Source: Candidatus Latescibacterota bacterium
GTDB lineage: Bacteria > Latescibacterota > UBA2968 > GCA-2709665
Direction of reading: 5' to 3'
Length of the DNA stretch: 64,000 nucleotides
NCBI GenBank assembly: GCA_965203805.1
Contig: OZ241917.1
Span: 4,864,001 to 4,928,000, forward strand
Shown here: in pieces, positions 41,516-50,404 of the stretch
How the letters are laid out: every line of letters starts with the position of its first letter
Position numbering within the stretch: position 1 is the stretch's first letter
Translations under genes and position numbers: made by a program
The notes under the pieces: generated by a model
What the model was told of the DNA's origin: nothing
Seen by the model: only the letters and a program-made list of their open reading frames with translations
Database searches by the model: none

Positions 41516-42313
41516 ATGTCCCGCAAGAGCGCTATCGAGTGGACCAACGCGACCTGGAATCCGGTTACCGGATGCACGAAGGTGAGCGCCGGCTGCGACC
41601 ACTGTTACGCCGAACGGCTTTCCGAGCGGTTTCGAGGCGTTAAGGGACACCCGTTCGAGACCGGCTTCGAACTGACGCTTCGACCCGCGCGCCTGGAACA
41701 GCCGCTGGGGTGGCGGCGGCCGCAGCTCATTTTCGTCAATTCGATGAGCGACCTGTTCCACAAGGATATTCCTGCGGACTACATTCATGGCGTATTCGAC
41801 ACCATGGAACGCGCGGACTGGCACATCTATCAGGTGCTCACCAAGCGCAGTTCCCTGATGCGCCGGTTCGTCGAAGAAAGGTATCCGAACGGACCGGCGC
41901 CACCACATATCTGGCTTGGCGTCTCCATTGAGAACGACACGGCGCTCACGCGGCTCCGACACCTCAAGGAGACCAACGCGTCCGTACGTTTCGTCTCATT
42001 CGAGCCATTGCTGGGCCCGATCGGGACGGTGAATCTTGAGGATGTTCACTGGGTGATTGCGGGAGGGGAAAGCGGACCCAGAGCACGTCCGATTGAGGCG
42101 GAATGGGTACGTGAATTGCGGAACCAGTGCGAGACCCAGCGCGTCGCCTTCTTCTTCAAACAATGGGGCGGGAGGACCCCGAAAGCGAACGGCAATACGC
42201 TGGACGGAAGGGAATGGATGGAGTATCCGGAGAGCGGAGGAAGGGGCGTGGACATTGAAACGATTCCGCAGTCGCATCACCAATCATTCACGACACTTGA
42301 TAAGCTATCCTGA
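41516..42313 (+). CDS. Phage Gp37/Gp68 (DUF5131) family protein
   Basis: SAIEWTNATWNPVTGCTKVSAGCDHCYA, IFVNSMSDLFH, LTKR, SFEPLLG, WVIAGGESG, FFFKQWGG. Confidence 0.93.
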   Translation: MSRKSAIEWTNATWNPVTGCTKVSAGCDHCYAERLSERFRGVKGHPFETGFELTLRPARLEQPLGWRRPQLIFVNSMSDLFHKDIPADYIHGVFDTMERADWHIYQVLTKRSSLMRRFVEERYPNGPAPPHIWLGVSIENDTALTRLRHLKETNASVRFVSFEPLLGPIGTVNLEDVHWVIAGGESGPRARPIEAEWVRELRNQCETQRVAFFFKQWGGRTPKANGNTLDGREWMEYPESGGRGVDIETIPQSHHQSFTTLDKLS

Positions 42314-42327
42314 CGTCCTAGGACATG

Positions 42328-42528
42328 CTACGTCTGGAGTGCTTCTCTAATCGCTTTCTCCATTTGCGGACGAACCTTTTCCATACTCTGACGCGCGGAA
42401 TCCTCTGCCATTTGCAGAATTTCCGCAAGCACTTCCCCTTCAGGTTCGGGCGGAGTCACTACCTCAGGAGTCAGATACTTCTCTTTTCCTTCCCGCGCCG
42501 GTTTCACCTGACGAGATGTCCGAGCCAT
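42328..42528 (-). CDS. Small (66 aa) hypothetical protein
   Basis: AGGAGG RBS 7 nt before the ATG; overlaps the 3' end of the upstream gene. Confidence 0.6.
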   Translation of the reverse strand: MARTSRQVKPAREGKEKYLTPEVVTPPEPEGEVLAEILQMAEDSARQSMEKVRPQMEKAIREALQT

Positions 42529-43870
42529 GGCGTGTCCTCCTGTATGAAGTTCTCTCGAAATAAGATGGATTTAACTCAGGTGAAAAATAGTGTTTTCGCT
42601 TTATCCAAATCAACCCGTCGCCCTTGGTAATCAACGCTACGTCAGTTGGGCCACCTACCGTCTCTTCCTCGCTTGATACACGTCTCTTTAGGACAGTCAG
42701 ATTAACAAGTGATTCAGCCATTTCCGCCAGTTGCTCTTTTGGCAACGCTGCCACGACTTTTACGATCGGCTGCGCGAAATATTGCGAACCGACTTTTCTA
42801 ATTTCCTCGACAAAAGAATCTGCCAACTGTGGGTAATATTGCGCCAGCACTTCGTGCAATTTATCCGTGTCTATTTCCAAATTTTCATCCAATATATCCA
42901 GCAAGTCGTCGGTATATCTTCTCAAGTGTGATATTACGGACTGGTGTAGATATGGGATATAATCACGTGAAATACCTTCCATGAATTGATAGACCATATC
43001 GATCTGGGCAAACGGAACAATCCAAGTTGGATTGTCTGTACTTAGTGCCACGTGCTTGATCGAATGCACCTTGAGTATATCTTTGACCATCCCCTCGATT
43101 TGAAACATTGAAATCGCTGGAAATATGTCCTGGTCGCCGAACCCGGAGACGACGACACCCGAAGTGAGTCCGGAAGGTGGATAGCCTTTAACTTGATCAA
43201 AGTAGCCACAGATTGCCTTTACAGCGATATAATTGAGCTTCTGAGGGAATCCCCGTCTAAATTGGAGTTGGCCAAACACGGACGCGCGCTTGTCTCGAAG
43301 GTGCTTGCGCATCGATTCCCGCGTTGTTTTCTCGAAATCACCCGGAGCACTTTCAATTAGATCGGCTTTTTTCGCCCTTGCGTGAAACTCATTCACAACT
43401 TCCTCAGTCAATTCACATTCTAACTGTCCGACTTCTTCGATTTCAAATCGGCCGGTTTGTTCGGTCGCCTGAGCGATCGTCTTATCCAACCGCCTCTGTA
43501 TTTCCTGCCTAATCTCAGAAAAAATCTGCTCGGCCAAGTGAATTGCATAATCCAGTTGATGTTGGTCGCTTATTCGGTCGCCTATTTCCCGTTCCAGGAA
43601 TTCGCAGAAATCGTCAGCGTACTCGTGGAGTTTAGTAAAGGTCCTATTCCCCAGAATACGCCTGTACTCCTTCACAATCGTTTCCCAGGGAATTGACATG
43701 AAACCGGCGTTGCCATAAACAAGGATTCCAACTGGTGCAACCTCGGAGAGAGCGAAGAGTTTATTCGCTGAAGAGAAGATCTTCTGATTGCCGCCTGGAT
43801 ATGTTGTAATTGCGCTATCGGCTGCCAATGCAACAGCTTGGAGATTCAGGATGGCTATTTCGGCTGTCAT
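42464..43870 (-). CDS. Proteasome-beta/HslV-like Ntn-hydrolase with large insertion
   Basis: M-T1...VALAAD17SA.T...NK36LF...VYGNAG; later VVSGF and VGGPTDVALITKGDG. Confidence 0.65.
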   Translation of the reverse strand: MTAEIAILNLQAVALAADSAITTYPGGNQKIFSSANKLFALSEVAPVGILVYGNAGFMSIPWETIVKEYRRILGNRTFTKLHEYADDFCEFLEREIGDRISDQHQLDYAIHLAEQIFSEIRQEIQRRLDKTIAQATEQTGRFEIEEVGQLECELTEEVVNEFHARAKKADLIESAPGDFEKTTRESMRKHLRDKRASVFGQLQFRRGFPQKLNYIAVKAICGYFDQVKGYPPSGLTSGVVVSGFGDQDIFPAISMFQIEGMVKDILKVHSIKHVALSTDNPTWIVPFAQIDMVYQFMEGISRDYIPYLHQSVISHLRRYTDDLLDILDENLEIDTDKLHEVLAQYYPQLADSFVEEIRKVGSQYFAQPIVKVVAALPKEQLAEMAESLVNLTVLKRRVSSEEETVGGPTDVALITKGDGLIWIKRKHYFSPELNPSYFERTSYRRTRHGSDISSGETGAGRKREVSDS

Positions 43871-44419
43871 ATTCTTAAGAGCTTCTGTTATTATCCGAGC
43901 CCCGGTTGAATAGTACTCTGGTATCGGGGAAAAAAACCCAGAGCACTCAGGTGCTCCTGAAACATCACGGTGTCCCGGTCGCTATAGCTGTCTGAATATA
44001 ATTTCGAGACAATAGACAGAAAAGTCAATTCTACCCGCGTCGGAAACCGCTCGATACCAGTGTGAATGCAAAAAAGACAATTGCCTTACAACTGCCTCAA
44101 ATAGACAGGATCTATATCTGCAGAACCCGACCCTTCCATAGATAGCGGTGCCAAAACAATATCCGATCCTTCAGAGTAATTCGGATGCCAGACTACATGG
44201 ACGGCCAATATTGCACGGGCTAGGTCAACCACGTCAACCCCCGTAAGATATAATAACTGAAGCCGCAGCCAACGCGCAAGTCGGGATTCGGCTTTTGTGG
44301 CCAACATGCAGCGGCTACACTTTCGTCAATTCACCCCGTCGCTTTATGCGCTCAGCTAACGCAAGTCCGAACCCGCGTTGTCTTTTCTCACTTCGAATCA
44401 GCAATATATGTGCCGCCCC

Positions 44420-44614
44420 TCAGCATTGCCCCTGATTCTTCGACTCAGAGGTAATGCGGCGAGCATGATTGCGGACGTACTCACGGCCGGAAACGCTTTG
44501 TCTGGCTTGAATGTCTCTGAAAATCGCCCTAATGTCGTAGCCAAACCGAGCCGCGTGTTCGTCCCGGACAGCCCGAACTTCGGCGATAATCGGGTCTATC
44601 TGACGTTTCTTCAT
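44420..44614 (-). CDS. Small antitoxin-like protein
   Basis: DPIIAEVRAVRDEHAARFGYDIRAIFRDI resembles small proteins I recall being encoded next to PIN toxins. Confidence 0.5.
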   Translation of the reverse strand: MKKRQIDPIIAEVRAVRDEHAARFGYDIRAIFRDIQARQSVSGREYVRNHARRITSESKNQGQC

Positions 44615-44768
44615 TTAATTCGAGTATCCTATTGCCGGATCTTGCGAGTCCAGACCGTGCCCCAACCCCACCACCAATGACCGGCTTTTTGCACAATCTT
44701 CGATGCGCCCGATTTACGGCGCCAAAACTCCGCTGAAGACTCGTATCACTGAATTTTGTCGGGTAGGG

Positions 44769-46100
44769 TCAGATTGTCGACCGGCGTGGCCGGTCTGGAT
44801 GCCGGTATCTGATGCCGGCGATCTTTTCTTCCTGGTCCTCCCAGTAGTCGTGTATAAAGGCGACGATATGCACGGCGTTCTCGACGACTATGTGGAGATG
44901 GTTCTCGTAGAACTTCGCTCGGGGGTAGGAGCGCCATCTGACGATTGGACCTTGGGCAGACCAGACGTCGCTATCGCTGCGGTAAACGTGCAGTTGATCG
45001 GATGTCTCAAGCAGAATTCCGAAGTACGCCAGACCGGCCTTGATTGCGTCGGTTTTTTCTTTGAGGGGAATTGAACCGACGGAACCGAAGGGAGATTCAC
45101 GGTGCTGGAGGCGGGCTTCGTTCCTCGCCTCGGAGCCGGAGGCAGTCATCGTCTTGTCAGAAACCAGCAACGCTTTGGGCGCGTCGATTTCTGGCTTTGT
45201 GACGTTTTTCTGCACATATCGCATCACGGTTACTTCGCCACTGGAGATGCCGCAAATCTTGTCTCCGGCGCCCCAGCTTAAGCCGTTTACACGTTCTGTC
45301 CGAAGTATCTCCGATCCATCGAATTCACGAATGAACTCCCGCCGGAGACGCCCCGACCTGGCAGGATCCGGTTGCCAGCCGAAAGCCAGCAGACAGGATT
45401 CTCCAACCAGTGACGTGCTGTAGACACTCGCAAATGCCCAGTCCGCATAGGAAGAATGTCGGGACGTCAATTGCCTAACGCTGCCATTTTTGCCATCGGA
45501 TCCCGAAAAGTAGACGTTTCCGCCATTCGTATCATCATCGCGCGAACGAAGGTCCAATTCGAAGAGTCCGTCATCGCCAGCAGAAAGAGCCATTCGTCCT
45601 TGTGATGCCGAGGCCGAATAGACCTGGGCATCCCAGTGCTTCTTCGGTCTGGAACTGACCGGGTACCGCCGGTTATTTCGATGGGCTGTAGCAGACCAGA
45701 GCCCGCCATAGGTGACGAGATAGAGTCTATTATTGAAAATCAACGTGTCCGTGGGGAGTTCCGAGACCGGATTGTCCTGTTCGCCATATAGGGCCTTATT
45801 CAGTAATCCTGGCGTTATGACCGGAGCTTCAGCCCTGAGCTTAACAAGACTCGTATCAAGCAGCTTCCGAAATGACGGATCGTCGAACACAGCGAGAACG
45901 TCTGGATTGTACAGGGAGTTTCCACGTAACCAAGCCGCTTTGACTGCGAGGGACCCACCGGCTTTTGGATACGCCAGATCGATCAGTCTCTCCCAGTCGT
46001 ACACGGAAAGACGGCCATTATAGTGCCAGAGGTACAAGCGACCTCGGTAGATCTGCACATCCCAGAAATCGCCCGGAATCGAAAGTATCAAAGGTTGCAT
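44769..46100 (-). CDS. Hypothetical beta-rich (propeller-like) protein, 443 aa
   Basis: Starts MQPLILSIPGDFWDVQIYRGRLYLW; GGAGG RBS; start codon overlaps the upstream ORF's last codons. Confidence 0.7.
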   Translation of the reverse strand: MQPLILSIPGDFWDVQIYRGRLYLWHYNGRLSVYDWERLIDLAYPKAGGSLAVKAAWLRGNSLYNPDVLAVFDDPSFRKLLDTSLVKLRAEAPVITPGLLNKALYGEQDNPVSELPTDTLIFNNRLYLVTYGGLWSATAHRNNRRYPVSSRPKKHWDAQVYSASASQGRMALSAGDDGLFELDLRSRDDDTNGGNVYFSGSDGKNGSVRQLTSRHSSYADWAFASVYSTSLVGESCLLAFGWQPDPARSGRLRREFIREFDGSEILRTERVNGLSWGAGDKICGISSGEVTVMRYVQKNVTKPEIDAPKALLVSDKTMTASGSEARNEARLQHRESPFGSVGSIPLKEKTDAIKAGLAYFGILLETSDQLHVYRSDSDVWSAQGPIVRWRSYPRAKFYENHLHIVVENAVHIVAFIHDYWEDQEEKIAGIRYRHPDRPRRSTI

Positions 46101-46504
46101 TTCTTCCCTCCGGATATCTTCGCGACGTGGTGCTTCTGAAGGAGCCCCTGCTTGACCCAAATCTTGAGCACACATATAGGCGGACGATCCTGGGTGCGTC
46201 TCCGATAATCCGCAGGATAACCGTGCCATTTGGATATGGTACTACCGTCAACGAACTTCCCGAAGAATAGTGATTCCCTGTGAACATTGATTCCGACTGT
46301 CCGAAGGCGACGACCTCCGGGCTCGGCCGCCCAACAAATCTGACCTGGACTGCGCGCCGTAGGTAACGCAGCCTTAAACAAGGCGACTTCGTCATCTATG
46401 GAAATTGTCCACGTGCAGCTTTCGCTCGTTGGCGATCCACGGTGCTTTGGATGGAAGGCAATGGATGGAGTATTCGGAAAGAGTAAACAAACGTCACACT
46501 TCGA
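46088..46504 (-). CDS. Small WHGYP-motif protein (putative nuclease toxin); start uncertain
   Basis: Frame stays open to 46504: FHPKHR...WTISIDDEVALF...FFGKF...WHGYPADY...QDRPP...W. There is no ATG; TTG at 46381. Confidence 0.55.
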   Translation of the reverse strand, partial: SKCDVCLLFPNTPSIAFHPKHRGSPTSESCTWTISIDDEVALFKAALPTARSPGQICWAAEPGGRRLRTVGINVHRESLFFGKFVDGSTISKWHGYPADYRRRTQDRPPICVLKIWVKQGLLQKHHVAKISGGKKCNL

Positions 46505-46549
46505 CTATAACGACTATTTCGGCTTGAGTGAATCGCGAAAAAAATAGCG

Positions 46550-46578
46550 TTGACTTGATAAATCGTATTCTGTATATT
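46550..46578 (+). promoter_or_regulatory. Sigma70 promoter for the ClpP-fold protease unit
   Basis: TTGACT-N17-TATATT. Confidence 0.55.
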
Positions 46579-46784
46579 TTTGATAGTCGCTCCTGTAGCA
46601 AAATTAGTGCCATGAATGGGATCAATGCTATAGATTTAACCCGATACCCAAAAACAGTTGGGGCGATCGAAGTTGATTTTGCTGCGGTTTCGACAATCCA
46701 TCCTTGAAATTGTCTCAATCCAGCGCGTATCCTCACAATACAAAGCCTATTTTCCTTTCTTTGTAATTTTCAAATCCTCAAGCA

Positions 46785-47684
46785 ATGGATCATCCAATTG
46801 CACCTCCTAAGGGAGCCAATTCCCTTGTTGAAGCACGCTTATCCGAACTCCTCAAGGAAATTGAGAAAGAGACAGACACCGATTGCCTTTTTTACAGTGG
46901 GCCTATCGCTTTCGGTGCAGATAATCGGATTCGCGACGCCGTAGAGTCTTTCGATGTACGACGGGGAAAGCTTCTTTTTATCTTGGAGACGTCCGGTGGA
47001 TTTGCAGAAGATGCGCGTCGCGTTTCAGATGTTCTAAGGCATCACTTCTGTGAAGTCGACTTTCTGATACCCAGCCATGCGATGTCCGCCGGCACGATAC
47101 TGGCGTTGTCTGGAAATGCAATATGGATGGATTACTACTCAGTACTTGGCCCGATCGATCCGCAGGTACCCAGTCAAGATGGTAGACAGTTTGTTCCTGC
47201 CCTTGGGTATCTGGTCAGGTATGAAGAGTTGGTCGACAAAGCAAATCGTGGAGAAGCAGGTGCTGCCGAACTGCAGATTCTGGTAAATAGCTTTGATCAA
47301 GGTGAACTTTACAAATATACGCAGTCACGCGATTTGTCTGTCGCACTCTTGGTTGAGTGGCTAGAGAAATACAAGTTTAAATACTGGAACAAAACAGAGT
47401 CCCGCAAAAAGCGAGTAACTCGGAAGATGAAGAAAGAACGCGCGCGGGAAATTGCGAATGAATTGAATAATCCAAATAGATGGAACTCACATGGAATTGG
47501 TATCAACATGGAGGTGCTTCGACGCGAACTTAAGTTGCACATTGATGATTTTGGAGAGAGCCAGCCATTAAGAATCGCAGTCCGGAATTACCATAAGCTT
47601 GTAACGGACTATGCACTAAATATGCGGTTCGACAGCCTTGTGCAAACTCGTGAGATCGTCGACGGTCGACGATGGGGAGAGTAA
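46785..47684 (+). CDS. SDH family ClpP-fold serine protease
   Basis: LETSGG, AMSAGTILALSG, LGPIDPQ, WNSHG. Confidence 0.88.
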   Translation: MDHPIAPPKGANSLVEARLSELLKEIEKETDTDCLFYSGPIAFGADNRIRDAVESFDVRRGKLLFILETSGGFAEDARRVSDVLRHHFCEVDFLIPSHAMSAGTILALSGNAIWMDYYSVLGPIDPQVPSQDGRQFVPALGYLVRYEELVDKANRGEAGAAELQILVNSFDQGELYKYTQSRDLSVALLVEWLEKYKFKYWNKTESRKKRVTRKMKKERAREIANELNNPNRWNSHGIGINMEVLRRELKLHIDDFGESQPLRIAVRNYHKLVTDYALNMRFDSLVQTREIVDGRRWGE

Positions 47685-47687
47685 GTG

Positions 47688-47885
47688 ATGTTAGATATCG
47701 ATGCACTTTTGAAGAAAAATCCTGGTGCAAAAGAGATTTATGAGAAAAACCAGGCATTGCTTTCTGAGTGCCCACAAGCAAAAAAGGCGAAATACAGACT
47801 TGGAGATCCTTATGGATCTCGACGTCCGGCCGACGATACTTATGGTAGCGAACCCAAGCCAAAAGCGAGCTATATTGTTAACTAA
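47688..47885 (+). CDS. Small hypothetical protein downstream of the SDH protease
   Basis: GGGGAG RBS; begins 3 nt after the protease stop and is followed by a terminator. Confidence 0.55.
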   Translation: MLDIDALLKKNPGAKEIYEKNQALLSECPQAKKAKYRLGDPYGSRRPADDTYGSEPKPKASYIVN

Positions 47886-47906
47886 AGTTCGTGAGTTCGT
47901 TTAGCG

Positions 47907-47952
47907 AAAAAGAGAGGCCGGGGCTTATAATAGCCTCGGCTTCTGTTTTTTG
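47907..47952. terminator. Bidirectional intrinsic terminator
   Basis: A-tract, GAGGCCGGGGCT-TATAAT-AGCCTCGGCTTC, T-tract. Confidence 0.75.
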
Positions 47953-48016
47953 TGCGAATTAATATGAAAATGTCTAACCGACGCCCCCTCGAATCGCCGT
48001 TGGCCAATTTGTGCGC

Positions 48017-48907
48017 TCACCGCCGAAACCGTGGCGTCCAACTCTCTTCCAGCGCTTCGTCTGAATCTTCCACTTCGAAATAGTCCTCATCAGCGAATTC
48101 TGGGCAAGAGAGAACAGTAAGTACGCGTCCGTAACTTCCAAGCCCGATTACTTCCTCCCAAGCTTGGAGCGAATCTTGGCCTCCAAGCCAGGTAGCGATT
48201 TCGACCTCACCCTCCGCACGGGCTTCCTCTTGCTCTACATCCGATCTGCGTTGTATAGACTCGGTAACAGTATCCGACGGCACCAGCATACCCTTTCTCG
48301 GCCAATCTATACCTCTCAACGACTTCATCTTATCGGACATAAAACAATAGTCAACTGTGCCACTGCTGCTGACAACGATGGCCACAGCCTCGTCTGTAAG
48401 CCCAACATATCGGATCGCCGCTGCTGTAAGAGAGGCTATCGCCTTTTCTCGAACGGCCTCGATACCTTTGAGACCGGCATCCGAGCCATATATGACTTGG
48501 CGAACGAGAGTAGTCGGCATCAAGAGACCAGCTGCGAAGTAGTCTGCCTCACGTTCGTAACGATCAATAGAGACAAATTCTGCCCGTGAATGGTGTTCAT
48601 CCTCTTCGAAAGGAATATGATCAAGATGACCGTCGATAAAGTAGTGCCCGAGTTCATGGGCGATGCTGAATCGCTGAAAACCTTCGTTCGGAACTCGAGT
48701 GGAGTAAAGAATCCCAAAGGAATCGCCATGGCGAAGCAGCATGCCCGATACGCCTTTTCTTGGCGATTGCATCGTTTGTACAATTATCCCGCGGGTCTGT
48801 GCTAATGTCTTTAGATCCACGGGCAGAGCCAGAAGGCTTTCTTCTTTAAGTAACCGTTCGGCTTGGCGCAGAAGCGACTTACCTCGATGTTCGGATACGA
48901 GATTCAT
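48017..48907 (-). CDS. capP: ImmA/IrrE family metallopeptidase (CapP-like)
   Basis: QRFSIAHELGHY, EREADYFAAGLLMP, SLTAAAIR; coupled to the HTH gene and divergent from CBASS. Confidence 0.85.
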   Translation of the reverse strand: MNLVSEHRGKSLLRQAERLLKEESLLALPVDLKTLAQTRGIIVQTMQSPRKGVSGMLLRHGDSFGILYSTRVPNEGFQRFSIAHELGHYFIDGHLDHIPFEEDEHHSRAEFVSIDRYEREADYFAAGLLMPTTLVRQVIYGSDAGLKGIEAVREKAIASLTAAAIRYVGLTDEAVAIVVSSSGTVDYCFMSDKMKSLRGIDWPRKGMLVPSDTVTESIQRRSDVEQEEARAEGEVEIATWLGGQDSLQAWEEVIGLGSYGRVLTVLSCPEFADEDYFEVEDSDEALEESWTPRFRR

Positions 48908-49263
48908 CGCTCCTCACTGTCGTGTTGCCCACGGTCTCGAGCGGCCAGAAAGCGCAAGAAGTCCTCGGCGGTTTGGCGGTTCTCGCCGGTAAGATTCACA
49001 ACGTCACGATACAGCGGGTCGGCCGAAACCGCCGTGTTGGGATCATCAGCTCTTCCAACTAGATAATCCGTCGTCACATTAAGTGCGTTTGCTAGTTTTC
49101 TAAGGTTGTCAAACGACGGCTTTCTGTTGCCGCCCTCGAAATGGGCGATGGAACTGGGTGGCAGCCCGACCGCTCTTGCGAGCTCAGCTTGAGTCATGCG
49201 TCGCAGGTTTTCTCGTGCTGAACGCAGGCGGTATTGGAAAAATTCGGACGGTCTTTGGGGCAT
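48904..49263 (-). CDS. capH: XRE HTH repressor (CapH-like)
   Basis: MTQAELARAVGL...IAHFEGGNRKPSFDNLRKLANALNVTTDYLVG; ATGA overlap with the peptidase. Confidence 0.85.
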   Translation of the reverse strand: MPQRPSEFFQYRLRSARENLRRMTQAELARAVGLPPSSIAHFEGGNRKPSFDNLRKLANALNVTTDYLVGRADDPNTAVSADPLYRDVVNLTGENRQTAEDFLRFLAARDRGQHDSEER

Positions 49264-49276
49264 TTTTCTCTTTTTA

Positions 49277-49326
49277 TGTCGATTTCGACAATATAACTTG
49301 ACGAATATATCGAAATCCTGTATCTT
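49277..49326 (+). promoter_or_regulatory. CBASS promoter with palindromic operator
   Basis: TGTCGA-TT-TCGACA (49277-49290); TTGACG-N17-TATCTT (49298-49326), with a related TATCGAAATC site in the spacer. Confidence 0.65.
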
Positions 49327-49420
49327 CATTTATCAAGATAACATAACAGGGGTCATTTTTGCAAGCGCCAATTTTTCCAACGGGATTTTGTGGCTTTCTG
49401 TAGGGGAGAAAACCGAAAAT

Positions 49421-50404
49421 ATGTGTAAGCCTTTTCACATTTTGTCCATTGATGGCGGCGGACACCGTGGGATTTTTGCTGCCCACATATTGAAGAGAAT
49501 GGAAGAGGAGTGGCAGATTGATTGGCAACGACAATTCGGAATGCTGGCAGGCACCAGCACAGGTGCAATTTTGGCTGCCGGATTGGCTTCTCAAATTTCA
49601 GCAACGCACCTAACTGAATTCTACGAGACCCATGGAAGCGACATTTTCACGCCAAGAAGACGGGCGTACCCAGATCCTTTCAAGCTATTCACGAGCCGGT
49701 ATTCAAGCCCGAAGCTAAAGAAACTCCTTGAGAAGGAGTTCGGTGAAACGCTGCTTGGCGAGATAAAGATCCCGCTCATTCTACCTGCTGTCGACGTCGG
49801 CAACGGATGCGTACATGTCCTTAAGTCCAGGTACGATCCTTCGTTTACCAGGGACTATAGGGTGCGTGTGTCGGATGCTGTTCTAGCGTCGTGCTCTGCG
49901 CCGACCTACTTCGACCCTGTTGTAATTGACGACAAATACCGGCTTGTTGATGGAGGACTCTGGGCTAACAGTCCGTCTCTAGTGGCAGCAATTGATGCCA
50001 ACTACCGCCTCAAAATTCCACTTGAGAAAATCAGAGTGCTTTCCATTGGTACCGGAAAAAGCAAAGTGTTCTATCCTAGGAGCGATGGTAGGTTTAGAGA
50101 CTACTTACTTCGAAGTTGGCAGGGTTGGGGCTTTGTGACTCGTTGGCAGCGCAGTAAGTTCATCGATCTAATCCTGAATCTTCAGTCAGAAAATGCCCAC
50201 AACACGCTCTGCCTTATGTTTGGCGAGAGTCCGATCAATCCGAAACGGGTTCTCCGCTTAAATTTCGAATCGGATCGGCCGTTGCCCCTGGACTCAGTTA
50301 GAAAGCAAAGCGACTGGATTTCTGAAGCGGACCGTACTTTCACCCACCAGTCGGATAAAATAGCACGATTCTTGTCTGTCAAAGGAGGAAATCAAGATGA
50401 ATAG
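49421..50404 (+). CDS. capV: CBASS patatin-like phospholipase effector
   Basis: LSIDGGGHRG, GTSTG, SCSAPTYF, DGGLWAN; directly upstream of the CD-NTase. Confidence 0.88.
   Translation: MCKPFHILSIDGGGHRGIFAAHILKRMEEEWQIDWQRQFGMLAGTSTGAILAAGLASQISATHLTEFYETHGSDIFTPRRRAYPDPFKLFTSRYSSPKLKKLLEKEFGETLLGEIKIPLILPAVDVGNGCVHVLKSRYDPSFTRDYRVRVSDAVLASCSAPTYFDPVVIDDKYRLVDGGLWANSPSLVAAIDANYRLKIPLEKIRVLSIGTGKSKVFYPRSDGRFRDYLLRSWQGWGFVTRWQRSKFIDLILNLQSENAHNTLCLMFGESPINPKRVLRLNFESDRPLPLDSVRKQSDWISEADRTFTHQSDKIARFLSVKGGNQDE

Noticed and set aside
42328-42528. Pup-like tag next to the proteasome-like gene
   Set aside because: It lacks a C-terminal GGQ/GGE, and no PafA/Dop ligase is present.
49196-49420. N-terminal extensions of the patatin and HTH ORFs
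   Set aside because: They cover the divergent promoter/operator; starts at 49421 and 49263 fit the domain boundaries.
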